Source of the DNA: the human T2T-CHM13v2.0 reference genome, Homo sapiens | NCBI RefSeq assembly: GCF_009914755.1 | Contig: NC_060938.1 | DNA: 64,000 bases | Reading direction: 5' to 3' (one strand) | Shown: positions 11,820 to 25,272 of the stretch, one piece after another | How positions within the stretch are numbered: the stretch's first letter is position 1 | How the letters are laid out: every line of letters starts with the position of its first letter | Position numbers and translations under genes: made by a program | The notes under the pieces: generated by a model | The model's database searches: none | What the model was told of the DNA's origin: nothing | Seen by the model: the letters and a program-made list of their open reading frames with translations, nothing else

Positions 11820-13894
11820 TCACTCCAGATAAAAAGTGTCTAAAACATTGTTTATTCTTTGTTTCTGGTTTAATAAGGCCACTGGTTGGATTTTTTGGTG
11901 GGGGGGGCTGGTATTAAAGTCAATAATTCCACTTTAGACAGTGCATCATGAAAACTTTGTAATCAATTCTAAACGATCAGCCCGAAGGCACCCATAGTGG
12001 ATATTCTTTAATACTACAGATGGCAAAACAGCCTGTGGAAACATGTCTGGTGGGCATTCTGTGAAAGCTGTTTCTGTCAAAATGACTCCAACGTGACGTG
12101 TAGGACAACTGCAGCATGGAGAGTTTCTGTGAAAACTTCTCACATTTATGTCTCCTTTTTGCCCTCTTAACTGATAATTTTGTAGATTGAGTAGACAATG
12201 CATATTTTTCTAGCTCAAGGGGGAATGGTCAAGGATAACTCGCATTAACAATGAAATTTGATTATAATTCAAAGGACTCAAATTGGCAGGAATTTGCTTA
12301 ACAGAATCTAACAAATTCAGAGAGAAGTTTTTGTTTTGTGTTTCCAAAAAATCAGTTCCAAATATATAAATAATCTCTGTGCATGTCACTCTTGAAGATA
12401 TTTGGCAGGTGTCACATGGGGTTAATTAAATCAACATACTTAGAAACCATGACAGTAATACTCCTTGTTCTAAAATCTAGATTTCTCTTTAATGGTTATT
12501 AACTTTTATGAGCTCAAAACAAATCCACCACCGCAAGATAGGTTAATATAGATAGCTCTGAATTCTTTAAAGTGATCAGTGCTCAAGAATTCTGATTCTC
12601 TGTTTTGGACATCATGGACCAATTCAATCTCATCACATATGATAAGAGGAGCTGTGGTTTATGGTGCAAGAATCCAAGCTATAGGCAGGAGCCACCCTGG
12701 ATCTGCGATAGATTAGCCCTGTTTTCGCACTGTCAGCTCTTTTCAACTTAGTAAAAGACACACAAAAGTTAAGTATTATGTCTTATTAATTTCTGAATCT
12801 AGAGTTCCTAGCACAATGTTTGGCACAAAATTCTTGCTTAAAAGTATAATGGATCCTAGAATTAAAATTATTCTCAATTAAAGGCATGCATTTTAAATCC
12901 AAATTATTCTCTCCTGAAAGAGCCAATTCCGAGTATCATAGAAAACCTGAGGGTATTTATTTCCTTGTGGCTATTATGTGCTTATAAGTGGAAAATAGTT
13001 TAAAAATAGGGAATCCAGCCAGACTTAAAAGTGCTTCTGATTCTGCCCAAATAAACAGCCAGCAAGACCACACACGCTTTTGTCCCTTGTTGTAGAACTT
13101 GGCTTTAGTGTCTAAAATCGACTGTTAATAGGGTACAGTAAAATTTTATTAAGCCAATGAATGTTCATCCTAAAATAATAATTATAAAGATTTCTTATCT
13201 TTTAATGAAACTGAAGTCTCAATAAAAATATTAGATTGTGTAATATTGGTTAATCTATAGTTTTTTTAATTCTCCTGTTTTTAATTAACATTTTTTTAAA
13301 ATGATAAATACTTTATAGCACATTTTATAAAGACTGATGTTATGACTATGGTAGGTCTTACTAAGGTAAATTAATAATGTTAGCATTAGAATGTCTGTAT
13401 TCTATATTTTGCATGAACAAGTCATGGAAGTTCAAGCGGGCACATGGATATGTTTCTTTGCTTCATCATGTGGTTTTCAGAAGTCCCTGAAGAGATAACA
13501 ACGCAGGCACAACATTTTTGATGTAAGGTATTATTATCATTATCTTTAATTATAGTGATTTACAAGACAAATAAGTATTTTCCCTGAGTTAAAATCCAGA
13601 AAATTCACAGAGATTTCTCTGATTTCTGTAACACCTGTCACATATTGCTTCAGGGTACCACCATACTTCCCTAATTTTTCTACCCCATGGGCAATCCAAG
13701 AAAAGTAGTCAATACCCACATAATCTCTTTTCCACAATAAAATAATTATTGTACTTTCAGGAGAAGCTTAAGTACAGAAAAGGAGCTTACTTTATGAAAG
13801 TAAATAAGGTATTTTAACTTGTAGGGTTTTTTTGACTGACCTGGAGGAAGTGAGAGACTAGTGGATGCTCCCGTTCAGCTGACTAGCAGGAAAG

Positions 13895-14394
<500 letters not shown>

Positions 14395-14592
14395 TTTCAA
14401 CCCTGAGAAAACAACTTGAGCGCTGAATTATGATGGTTATGGCTACCAGAATCTTCATTCTTATTTCAATGTAATTCAAATTCTGAAATGACATTTAATA
14501 GTCAATTAATTATTATCTTCTTAGGATAAATGTCCGAAAGGAAAATAACTGGCTTCAAGAAAATGCCAGTTTTTATCTGCCTTCAAATTTTA

Positions 14593-14669
14593 TTAGGTTG
14601 GTGCAAAGTAATTGTTGTTTTTGCAATTACTTTTAGTGGCAAAAACAGCAATTATTTTTGCACCAATCC
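14593..14669. mobile_element. MADE1 MITE with both arms (palindromic)
   Basis: ttaggttggtgcaaagtaattg...caattatttttgcaccaa. Confidence 0.9.
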
Positions 14670-14958
14670 CAGAAGAGGGAGAAAAAGATTAGTCTTATTA
14701 AATAATAGCTCAAGAGATTCAAAGTGAGCCAGTATATGAAACCTCAAGAAGAAAGACTCACATCTGACTCCCTGTAAGCAAGAACATTGTAAGAGATCTC
14801 AGTTAGAATTGACTATGTTGAGAAATAGCATGTTCTCCATCACTGCAATTTTTTGGATGTATTCATGGGTGGATGTTGTCAAGAAGGTTCAAGTTTAGAA
14901 CATGGATGTATTTTCTAATCCTCGGAGTCTTTATTAAGCCTTAGATTTCCATAGTGAT

Positions 14959-15691
14959 TCTATTAGTCTGTTCTCACATTGTTATCAAGAAATACCAGAG
15001 ACTGGATCATTTATAAAGAGAAGAGGATTAACTGGCTCACCCTTCTGCAGGCTGTACAGGACGCATGATGCTGGCATCTGCTCAGCTTCTGGAGAGATCT
15101 CCAGAAATTTATAATCATGGCGGAAGACAAAACGGGAGCAGGCACAGTCACATGGCCAGAGCAGCAATAGCAAGGGGGAAGGGGGAAGGTACTACACTTC
15201 TTTATTTTTTTTTTGAGATGGAGTCTCGCTCTGTTGCCCAGGTTGGACTGCCATGGAGCGATCTGGGCTTACTGCAAATTCTGCCTCCCGGATTCAAGCA
15301 ATTCTCTGCCTCAGCCTCCCGAGTAGCTGGGATTACAGGCACCCGCCACCACACTCGGCTAATTTTTTGTATTTTTAGTAGAAAGGGAGTTTCACCATAT
15401 TGGCCAGGATGGTCTTGAACTCCTGACCTCGTGATCCACACACCTTGGCCTCCCAAAGTGTTGGGATTACAGGTGTGAGCCAATGCACCTGGCCACTACA
15501 CACTTTTAAACAACCAGATCTCATGAGAACTCACTCACTCTCATGAGAACAGCACCAAGAGAATGGCGCTAAATCATTTATAAGAAAACTTCCCCCATAA
15601 TCCAATCTACTCCCACTAGGCTCCACCTCCAACATTGGGGATTGTGATTTGACTTGAGATTTGGGTGGGGACACAGATCCAAACTATATCA
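14959..15691 (-). mobile_element. MSTA MaLR solo LTR interrupted by an Alu
   Basis: tattagtctgttctcacattg...gagatttgggtggggacacagatccaaactatatca; near-TSD gtgat/gttat. Confidence 0.9.
15201..15494 (-). mobile_element. AluS (Sg/Sc-like) nested in MSTA
   Basis: Reverse Alu; TSD core actacac at 15191 and 15495. Confidence 0.96.
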
Positions 15692-15979
15692 GTTATATAT
15701 TTCAAAGCTTGTTCATTTTGCTCATAACATCCATTACCCTTTCAAAATCCTGTAAGGCCATATTTTTGGAGGAGTTGCACAGAAATGGAACATTCCTAAT
15801 GGTCATTTAGGAACTGAAGTCATAGAATGGAGCCCTTAAAGCCTTGAATCTGTCTTGCATTCCCCTTTGATAGAAGTAGAATCATCCAGGCTGGGCCAAC
15901 ACTATGAGGATGTGGGTGAGAGTAGCGGGACACTCGCCTTTGGAGCAAAATCTGTGGGACAACAAAAACTCAGTAACGA

Positions 15980-16304
<325 letters not shown>

Positions 16305-17654
16305 TTACAAATCAAAAATCATGCCAAAAATTTCTGACCAAAACATCAGCATTTTTAATAAAAATAGGATCTGTGTTACTGCTTTTCTTTTTATCTTAGA
16401 CTCCTATGTAGCCCAGTACCACAATATTATTGGTCCTTATCTTGATTGAGGAGTTTTTGGTCTCCCCTTACATATCACACCCAAAGCAAGTGCATCACTC
16501 GACTCCTGATAGTGATGAATCCAGGCCAAAAAAAAAAAAAAAAAGAGAGAAAAACAGAGAGTAAGCAGTTGAGCTCTGTGAATACACATTTGTGCATATA
16601 TTTGTGCACACATTTTTGTGTGTGTTCAAGTAAGAGACTCAAGAAGTTAGTAACATTTTCTTCATGATTCCAGCCATTTTTCTTCTACGAATGAGCTGAG
16701 GTTGTACAGCTCATAAAATATGACTTTGACTTTAAAATTTTCATCTTTAAAAAGGACTCTATTATGGTCACTTTTTTGGCAGTAAATCGTTACCTGTCCA
16801 TGACTGGAAAGAAGGCAGTAGATATTCCTAACCACTCTATTGGGCAGCTGCATTCTGGCAATATACTTAAAGATAGCTGAGCAGCTATGGGGTTAATTAA
16901 GTCCCTTTGTATCAAACCTTCAAGTGAACGCTCTTGCATAGTGGACAGGTTGTAAAGATTCACAACCTATGAGTGGCCAAATTTTATTTTGAAAAACAAA
17001 AGTTTTAGTAAAAGACGAAATTGCTGTTGTACACTGATGATAGAAAATAAACAGTCTATACATGTTTTGCTACTTCATTAGGGGGCCACATTTATAACAC
17101 ATCCTTTTCCCCTTGAAATCAAAGGTTCAGAGTCTGATAATTAACTTAAGGACTAGGAGTATTATTGAGTAGGTAAAATTTCATAAGAAACAGAATTTCA
17201 AAATACGAGACACTGGCCTAAAAAGATATGTTTAGCTTACTTACTATAGAAGAAAGGCACACTGTAGGCAGTGTTAGAAGAAATAGCAACTTATGCTTGA
17301 TTTTTTACAAGATTTTATTTATTAGTCTCATTAGCACTGACATCACTTTCATCTCCTGCTATGTCTGGATGGGAATTTTCTACACATTCTTTATTTCTTC
17401 CTTTACCTGCACCTTGGCCTAGGCTGAGTAGAATGTCTCTCTTTACGTTCTCTTCTGTCTTTAAGAGCCTCCACTGGGATTTTTAAAAATTATTAAATGT
17501 ACATATGATATTTTTTAAAGTCTCCATGTCTACCCTGGCAAAGACAGACATGGCATCCAGGAGGCACTGTAAGCTCCAGTTTCACTTTAATGCTTGTGAT
17601 TTACCCTTTGCTGGGTTTCTGGGTTGAATTGACATTAAGGGAGCATAAATCTGC

Positions 17655-17740
17655 TCATTCATTTAATAAAAATGTATTGAGTGTCTTGATGTAACAGGCA
17701 CTGTGTGGCACAGGGATGTGGGTGTGAATGAAGCAAACTT
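17655..17740 (-). mobile_element. L2 3' end
   Basis: tcattcatttaataaaaatgtattgagtgtcttgatgtaacaggcactgtg. Confidence 0.6.
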
Positions 17741-17984
17741 GTCTGTATGTGGCTCTGTGAATTTCTCCCTTGCACTGCAAGGATGGTTTGGCTCTGGGTT
17801 TCCATTTTCATAGTAGAACAGGGAAATTATATTCTCATATCTGTCCTCACATAACTGTGGAGAGATGCCAATGTCAATTGAAACGTGAAAGACCTGCGTA
17901 TTCATTGGTTTAGTGTTAAAAAAAAAAAGGTCACTACAAATTAATTTTTGAAAATGACTGTGGCTCTATTAGAATGAGATAAAG

Positions 17985-18170
17985 ACATAGTGAAAGAGTT
18001 CTCTGCTTTTCAATCCCAACATTAAAGCTAACAAGCCATGTGACTTTAAGCAAATTGCTTCACTACCATGCGCCTCCATTTATTTCTAGCTATCAAATAG
18101 GTGATGGGTCAAGAAGGATGGATTAAATTATCTCCATCATTCTTTCCAGGTCTAGAATACTAAATTTTAT
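17985..18170 (+). mobile_element. MIR3/MIR SINE
   Basis: catgtgactttaagcaaattgcttcac...gcctccatttatttc...tctttccaggtctagaatactaaattt. Confidence 0.5.
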
Positions 18171-18994
18171 AATGTTATCCCATTTGAGACTTATTGATTT
18201 CGTATGTTGAAAAAGTGCTGAAAATGTTTCTGGAATAGTTGATTAGCATTTGTAGGTACTCAAATGTTTGTAGAATGAACGATCATTTTGGAAGAATCTA
18301 ATTTCCTCCATTAGTAGGGTAGTTTGTTTTGAACATACTGGGGATGGCAGAGTATTGCACTGAATTTCTCATTACCCTGATATTGTATGCTGTTGACATA
18401 CATTCGATTGGCTCTCATGTTTGTGTTCAAGAGAAAAAATATTGATATCCATTTTAATTTTGGCTTGACATTTGAATATGTGTCTATGAATAGCTAGTTT
18501 ACTTTATTTAACAAATCTTTTATTTGCTCTGGTTTGTGTGCGTGTGCCTTTTTGTTTGACTGCCAGGAGAATTTGCCAAGCTTTCCTTTGATCATCAGTC
18601 AGTCACAATATTTTTAAAGCACACTCTTCTAAAACTTCCTAGTATCCTTTCTTTTAAAAAAATCTATATTTTTGAACTGCTTTCCAATAACTCAGATGGT
18701 CATCAAAATCTCTTTTGTTTTAAATCGGCTTCTTTTGGTAGGTAGCAGGGCTTGTGTACTTGGCAAAACTATCAAACAGCAGCCTAAGATGAACATTGGT
18801 TCTGCTGTCAGGATGCCATCATTCTACTCCATCATAGCTGTTTCCTTTAATCACCTATGCCTTCAACGTCACTATCATGATTTCTAACCCATTTACCATT
18901 CGTCCTAAGAAATGAGCACTGGCAGAAAGCTGCATTTTCTTTTTCTAAATGGGAAATGGGTTTTTCTAAACAAGTTAACTATGAATAAATGGAT

Positions 18995-19336
18995 GCTCCA
19001 CTCTTTCCACCATTTCTCACCATTCCACTGCTGCCATCCTGGACCAGGCACAACCACATCTTACCTGGACTGCTACAATAGCCTGCAACTAGGCATCCCA
19101 CATCTGCCTTCTATTCTTTCAAGCTGTTCTCAGCCCCACCCCAGCAAGTGATTACTATAACCCCCAGGGCTTTGCATGGTCTGTGCTTACTCCTCCATGT
19201 GTTACCTCTATAAGCCCATTTCCTAGTTCTCTCTCCTTACTTACTCTGCTCTAATCCTACTGCCCTTTTGGTTGTTTCTCAAAACTGCTATACAAATGCC
19301 TACCTTTGGACTTTGCAGATCCCTGTGCCTGGAATG
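18995..19336 (+). mobile_element. L2 fragment, followed by MIR pieces to about 19580
   Basis: tcttacctggactgctacaatagcctgcaactagg and ggactttgcagatccctgtgcctggaatg are typical of L2. Confidence 0.65.
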
Positions 19337-19700
19337 TAAAATGCAGACAGAAATAGTACCTACCTCAAAGGATTGTGGGTATAGCCTGGTTGGAGGCTTT
19401 TGCAGCAAACCAGGTAAATTGTGATTATGCTTGCTCCAGGATGGTAGCAGGGAGCCGTGAGAAGTGGTAGGAGAGAGCTAACTTTATAAAAGTCAGGTTG
19501 TAAGGATTAAATGATTAATATATAAAAGGACATTAGAACAGTCCATGACATTTTATTAAGGGTTACATAAATGTTAGATATTATATTTTTAGCATTATTG
19601 TTATTATACACGTGAAAATATCCATCATACAGTTAAGTCACCATCTTTGTCTACCTAGAAAATGCTTGATACATTATTACCTTTGGTCCTATTTTTCTTT

Positions 19701-21208
19701 TTTTTTTATTTTTTAATTTTTTTATTTTTTTATTTTTTATTGATCATTCTTGGGTGTTTCTCGCAGAGGGGGATTTGGCAGGGTCATAGGACAATAGTGG
19801 AGGGAAGGTCAGCAGATAAACAAGTGGACAAAGGTCTCTGGTTTTCCTAGGCAGAGGACCCTGCGGCCTTCTGCAGTGTTTGTGTCCCTGGGTACTTGAG
19901 ATTAGGGAGTGGTGATGACTCTTAAAGAGCATGCTGCCTTCAAGCATCTGTTTAACAAAGCACATCTTGCACCGCCCTTAATCCATTTAACCCTGAGTGG
20001 ACACAGCACATGTTTCAGAGCACAGGGTTGGGGGTAAGGTCATAGATCAACAGGATCCCAAGGCAGAAGAATTTTTCTTAGTACAGAACAAAATGAAAAG
20101 TCTCCCATGTCTACTTCTTTCTACACAGACACAGCAACCATCCGATTTCTCAATCTTTTCCCCACCTTTCCCCCTTTTCTATTCCACAAAACCGCCTTTG
20201 TCATCATGGCCCGTTCTCAATGAGCTGTTGGGTACACCTCCCAGACGGGTTGGTGGCCGGGCAGAGGGGCTCCTCACTTCCCAGAAGGGGCGGCCGGGCA
20301 GAGGCGCCCCCCACCTCCCAGATGGGGCAGCTGGCCGGGCGGAGGCGCCCCCCACCTCCCTCCCTGACGGGGCGGCTGGCCGGGTGGGGGCTGACCCCCA
20401 CCTCCCTCCCGACGGGGTGGCTGCCGGGGGTGGAGATGCTCCTCACTTCCCAGACAGGGTGGCTGCCGGGCAGAGGTGCTCCTCACTTCTCAGACGGGGC
20501 GGCTGCCTGGCGGAGGGGCTCCTCACTTCTCAGACGGGGCGGATCCCAGACGGGGCGGCGGGGCAGAGGCGCTCCCCACATCTCAGACGATGGGCGGCTG
20601 GGCAGAGACCCTCCTCACTTCCTAGATGGGATGGCGGCCGGGAAGAGGCGCTCCTCACTTCCCAGACTGGACAGCCAGGCAGAGGGGCTCCTCACATCCC
20701 AGACGATGGGTGGCCAGGCAGAGACGCTCCTCACTTCCCAGAGGGGGTGGCAGCCGGGCAGAGGCTGCAATCTCGGCACTTTGGGAGGCCAAGGCAGGCT
20801 GCTGGGAGGTGGAGGTTGTAGCGAGCCGAGATCACGCCACTGCACTCCAGCCTGGGCACCATTGAGCACTGAGTGAACGCGACTCCGTCTGCAATCCCGG
20901 CTCCTCGGGAGGCCGAGGCTGGCGGATCACTCGCGGTTAGGAGCTGGAGACCAGCCCGGCCAACACAGCGAAACCCCGTCTCCACCAAAAAAGTACGAAA
21001 ACCAGTCAGGCGTGGCAGCGCGCACCTGCAATCACAGGCACTCGGCAGGCTGAAGCAGGAGAATCAGGCAGGGAGGTTGCAGTGAGCCAAGATGGCGGCA
21101 GCACAGTCCAGCTTCTGCTCGGCATCAGAGGGAGACCGTGGAAAGAGAGGGAGAGGGAGACCGTGGGGAGAGGGAGACCATGGGGAGAGGGAGAGGGAGA
21201 GGGAGAGG
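19701..21208 (-). mobile_element. Full-length SVA retrotransposon (SVA_C/D-like; subfamily not certain)
   Basis: (CCCTCT)n hexamer about 21145-21208, Alu-like domain about 20760-21140, GC-rich VNTR about 20235-20760, SINE-R about 19742-20235, AATAAA at 19736-19741 (-), A tail; perfect 16-bp TSD ggtcctatttttcttt at 19685-19700 and 21209-21224. Confidence 0.98.
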
Positions 21209-21269
21209 GGTCCTATTTTTCTTTAAATACTTGGAAGCAGAAAAGTGAAATGATATGAAATATGGACCT

Positions 21270-22222
21270 TGTGTTAGCCAGTCTCCCAGGTTATCTCCAA
21301 TGATTCTTCCCTCATTCACACTGCTATGACTCTCCTCCCCTCTCATTGAATAGGATTGACCTGTAACCAATAGGATATTGCAGAAATGGTGAAATATGGC
21401 TTCTGAGGCTAGCTCATGATAGATATCGTGGTTTCTGCCTTGTTCTCAATGTTGTATGTTTTGGATGCTTCATGCCCTTCAAATCTCATGTTGAAATGTA
21501 ACCTCCAATGGTGGAGGTGGCCCTAGTTGGGAGGTGTTTGGGTCACAGGGCTGGATCCTTCATGAATGGCTTGGTGCTGTCCTTGCAGTAATGAATGATT
21601 TCTCACTCTGAGTGAATGTGAGATCTAGTTGTTGAAAAGAGCCCAGCACCTTCTCCCTGTCTCTCCCACTCTTGCCATGTGACATACTGGTTCCCCTTCA
21701 TCTTCTACCATGACTGTAAGCTTCCTAAGGCCTCACCAGAAGCAGATGCTGACACTATGCTTTGTATAAAGCCTGCAGAACTGTAAGCCAAATAAACCTC
21801 TTTTTAAAAATAGATTACCAGCCTTTGGTATTCCTTTATAGCAATGCAAATGGACTCACACAGAAAGCAGTTTCTCTAAGGGAAGTCAGTTCTCATGGCA
21901 TGGGGAAATTCAAGTATACCTATGAAGAAGTCCATGTGGTGAGTAATTAAGAATTTCTGCCAACAGCCAGCATCAACATGTCAGTCACTGGTGTGAGCCT
22001 TATTGGAATTAGACCCTCCATCCCCAGGCAAGCCTTCAAATGACAGCAGCTTCCCAGCCACCATCTTGATCATGGCGTCATAAAATACACTGAGTAAAAA
22101 TAACCCAGCTAAGCCACTCCTAATTCTTAGCCCACAAAAACTGTGAGATGGTAAGTGCTTATTGTTGTCTTAAACTGTTACATTTACGGCATTTTATTAT
22201 GCAATAATAGATAATGAACACA
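21270..22222 (+). mobile_element. MLT1F-like MaLR LTR split by MSTB
   Basis: tgtgttagccagtctcc...ccaataggatattgcagaa left part; aagccttcaaatgacagcagc...cccagctaagccactcctaattc right part. Confidence 0.8.
21450..21862 (+). mobile_element. MSTB MaLR solo LTR nested in MLT1F
   Basis: aaatctcatgttgaaatgtaacctccaatggtggaggtgg...ggtattcctttatagcaatgcaaatggactcacaca. Confidence 0.88.
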
Positions 22223-22674
22223 GTTCTCACAAACTAAATATATACAATTGAGAAAAGGACGGAAATCATTAAGCCAACCAAAAGCACCAAATTCTTGACA
22301 TCATTCAAAACTAATTGGCTTGAAACTACATATGTGTTAAATTATGAAGAGAAGGAACAATATGTCAGATTATGTATAAAATGCTGGAAATATCAAATGC
22401 TGAATTGAAAACATGAGATATAATTTGGGTTTTATCTTTTTTTCTAGCATTTTGGAAATAGAAACTTTATTAGATATGGTAACTTTCTTGGAGGCAATAG
22501 AATGTGAATCTTACTAGTTTAAGCAAAAAATCATTTTACTGAGAAGTTCTTGGGGTACTTTATGGGATATAGGAATATTTGTACAATTATTTCCCTGAAG
22601 GACAAGAAGAAGAGCTGCCTCTGGGATATCATTGAGGAGTTCATAAGCGGTTCTTTCTGGGGAGTTGCCAAGAG

Positions 22675-22833
22675 CTGCACTTCTCAAACTTGATTATGCG
22701 CAGGATTCTCCTGAGGATGTTGGTAAAATGCTATTCAATTTAGTGGGTCTGGGGTGGGGCCTCTTATTCTGTAACTTTAGCAACTCCTAGGTAATACTGA
22801 TGCCACTGTGTCATGGTCCTCTTACTGAAGAGC
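22675..22833. mobile_element. MER5A-like MITE
   Basis: cttctcaaactt...agtgggtctggggtggggcc...ctcctaggtaatactgatgcc. Confidence 0.6.
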
Positions 22834-23100
22834 AATTTCCAACAAAGGGTTCATTGCTATATGCTATCATAGTAATCTCTACCTGACCTTCTCAGCTTCA
22901 TTATGCCTGACATATGTATGTAATTTCCATCTTTCCTACTGGACTATAAGCTGCATAAGGAAAGGAACATGCCTGGCTTGCTCACTGTTGGCTCCTCAGC
23001 AGCTAGCATAGTGCAAGAACTATAGTTCAAAGAAATTGTAAATTTGCTTTCAAATATTGAACACGCCTCACCTGACTCACACCATTCTCTTATTTAAAGA

Positions 23101-23248
23101 ATTGCTGTCAACCCTGGCTGTACGTTAGAATCAACTGAAGATCCTTTATAAAGTGCCCATGATGGGGCTCTACTTCAGACCACTGAAATTAGAACCTTAG
23201 GCAGAGGGGCCTAGGCATTGGTTTATAAGCTCCTTGGGCATTTCCAAT
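23101..23248. mobile_element. MER5-family MITE fragment abutting the MER21C LTR
   Basis: caaccctggctgtacgttagaatcaactg...ggggcctaggcattggtttataagctcc. Confidence 0.55.
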
Positions 23249-24474
23249 TGTAGCGTAATAAAAATATGTATATTTGGTCTTTGTCCTTGGCTTCTGGCAA
23301 AGAGCTCCTAAAACCTTGGGATATTCTGATTGACAGGAGTGTTTATTTTTATTCATAACGAACACCTTTGACCATACCTGGGTTTATACTATTGAGATGA
23401 CTCCTGGCAACCCCCTAGGCAGCTTTGGGATGGGGTCTGGTTGCCAGAGAAAGCAACAACCTGGTTAAAGGATTGGAACTTTCAGATCCACCCCTGAACT
23501 TGAGAGGATTCAATAGTTTGGATATTTGACCTACCGAACATCATGTTGAAATTTGATCTCCAGTGTTAGAGGTGGGACCTAATGGGAAGTACTGCGTCAT
23601 GGAGGTGGGATCCCTCATGAAAGGCTTGGTGCCATTCTCACTGGAATGAATGAGTCTCACTCTATTCATTCCCATGAGAGCTAGTTGTTGAAAAGAGCCT
23701 GGCACCTCCCCCATCTCTCTCTTTCTTCCTCTCTCACCATGTGATCTCTGCACACACAGGCTCTCAATTGCTTTTTGCCACGAGTAGAAGAAGCCTGAGG
23801 TCCTCACAAGAAACAGATGCTGGTATCATGCTTCTTGTACAGCCTAAACACCCATGAGAAAAATAAACCTCTTTCCTTTATAAATTACCCAGCTCCAGGT
23901 ATTCCTTTATAACAACATAAATGGACTGAGACAGAGGAGGAAAGAGGTTAGAGATTGAATTCAATCACCAATGGCCAATGATTTAATCAATCATGCCTAC
24001 AAAATAAAATTTCGACAAGCACATTTAAACAAAGCGATATGGGAAGCTTCAAGGTTGGTGAACACATCAATGTGCTGAGAAGGTGATCTGCCAAGAGACG
24101 GGTATGGAGGCTCCTCACCTCTCCATCTCATACCTTGTTCTGTGTATTTCTTCCATTTGGCAGTTCCTGAGTTGTTTTCTTTATAATAAAAACGTACTTG
24201 TAAGCATCATGCTTTTCTACTTTCCTGAATTCTGTGAGTCATTCTAGTAAATTATCAAACCTAAGGAAGAGTTATGGGAACCCATCAATTTATAGTCAAG
24301 CAGACAGAAGTATGCATAGCTTGAGGACACTATTTGTGGCTGGCATCTGAAGTGAGGGCAATGTTGTGGGACTGAGCCCTTAACCTGTGGGATGCATTCT
24401 AATTCTGGGTAGTTAGTGTTAGAATTGAATTGTAAGACTTCCAGTTGGTATTGGAGAACTGTTGTTGGAAAACA
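23249..24474 (+). mobile_element. MER21C-like ERVL LTR split by an MSTB1-like LTR
   Basis: ttggtctttgtccttggcttctggcaaagagctcctaaaacc...gtgggactgagcccttaacctgtggg...gtgttagaattgaattg. Confidence 0.82.
23509..23933 (+). mobile_element. MSTB1-like MaLR solo LTR nested in MER21C
   Basis: MST body; exact 5-bp TSD gagga at 23504-23508 and 23934-23938. Confidence 0.9.
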
Positions 24475-25272
24475 GGATATAAATGTTCGACTGATAAAAG
24501 GGATGATTTTAGAGTATCATTTGGATTAAAACCCATTCCTCTTACCAGGTATTCCAGATGGCTAGAGCTGGCTTCAGAAGACATGGATATTATTTATTTA
24601 TTTATGAGAAAGTACTCTAATAGAGACAAAGACTCCTTTTAGGCCAACTATCCTCTGATACATTTATCTTTTTCACTTTACTGAAACATCCCCTGTAAGG
24701 GACTACATATCTTTCAAGATTTCTTGTGAATAGCAAATGAAAATAGCAATGTAAATGTTGTTCTATTGCTCAATAACTGTTAAGTTTTATTTTCCCTTTC
24801 CTTCCAGAACTTTCTGATAATAAGCCAAATCAGCAAGGCTCATCAATAATGAATTGAGTTCATTGGGTTCCATCGTAATTACTTGCCTATTAGATCTTAG
24901 CTAAACCTATCATGCTTCTAAGATTCAGAAAACTATTTAAAAAGTTTGTCTTTGTAAACAGGCACACTTTGTTCTATGATATGTTCCAAATGTCTACAGG
25001 AGTACTTTGTACTTCATAAGTGCTCATTAAATATTTGTTTAAAAAACGAAGTGTTTGTGTTTTAGTGAGAAGAAAAAGTATTACTAGATCTGCTCTCACG
25101 TACTTTTTGATGTAACTGATGGGAACCAAAATAGTAAAGACTAATTAAAAAGGACAAGTAAAGTTACAGTAGTTCGTGGTCAGAAAAGTCTGCGTGGAAG
25201 ATCTAATGTTCACATGAGACTTCTTAGGAAGAGAAAAGAAGGAAGGTCTTTCCAAACTGAGAGGAGAGCATA

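Noticed and set aside
20235-20760. Repeat units with variable intervening sequence, superficially CRISPR-like
   Set aside because: SVA VNTR; units are related to each other, there are no unique spacers or cas genes, and the DNA is eukaryotic.
19997-20876. Longest ORFs (274 aa and 218 aa, + strand)
   Set aside because: Antisense read-through of the GC-rich SVA VNTR; repetitive peptides (AEGLLTSQ, GAPHFPD) typical of SVA artefacts.
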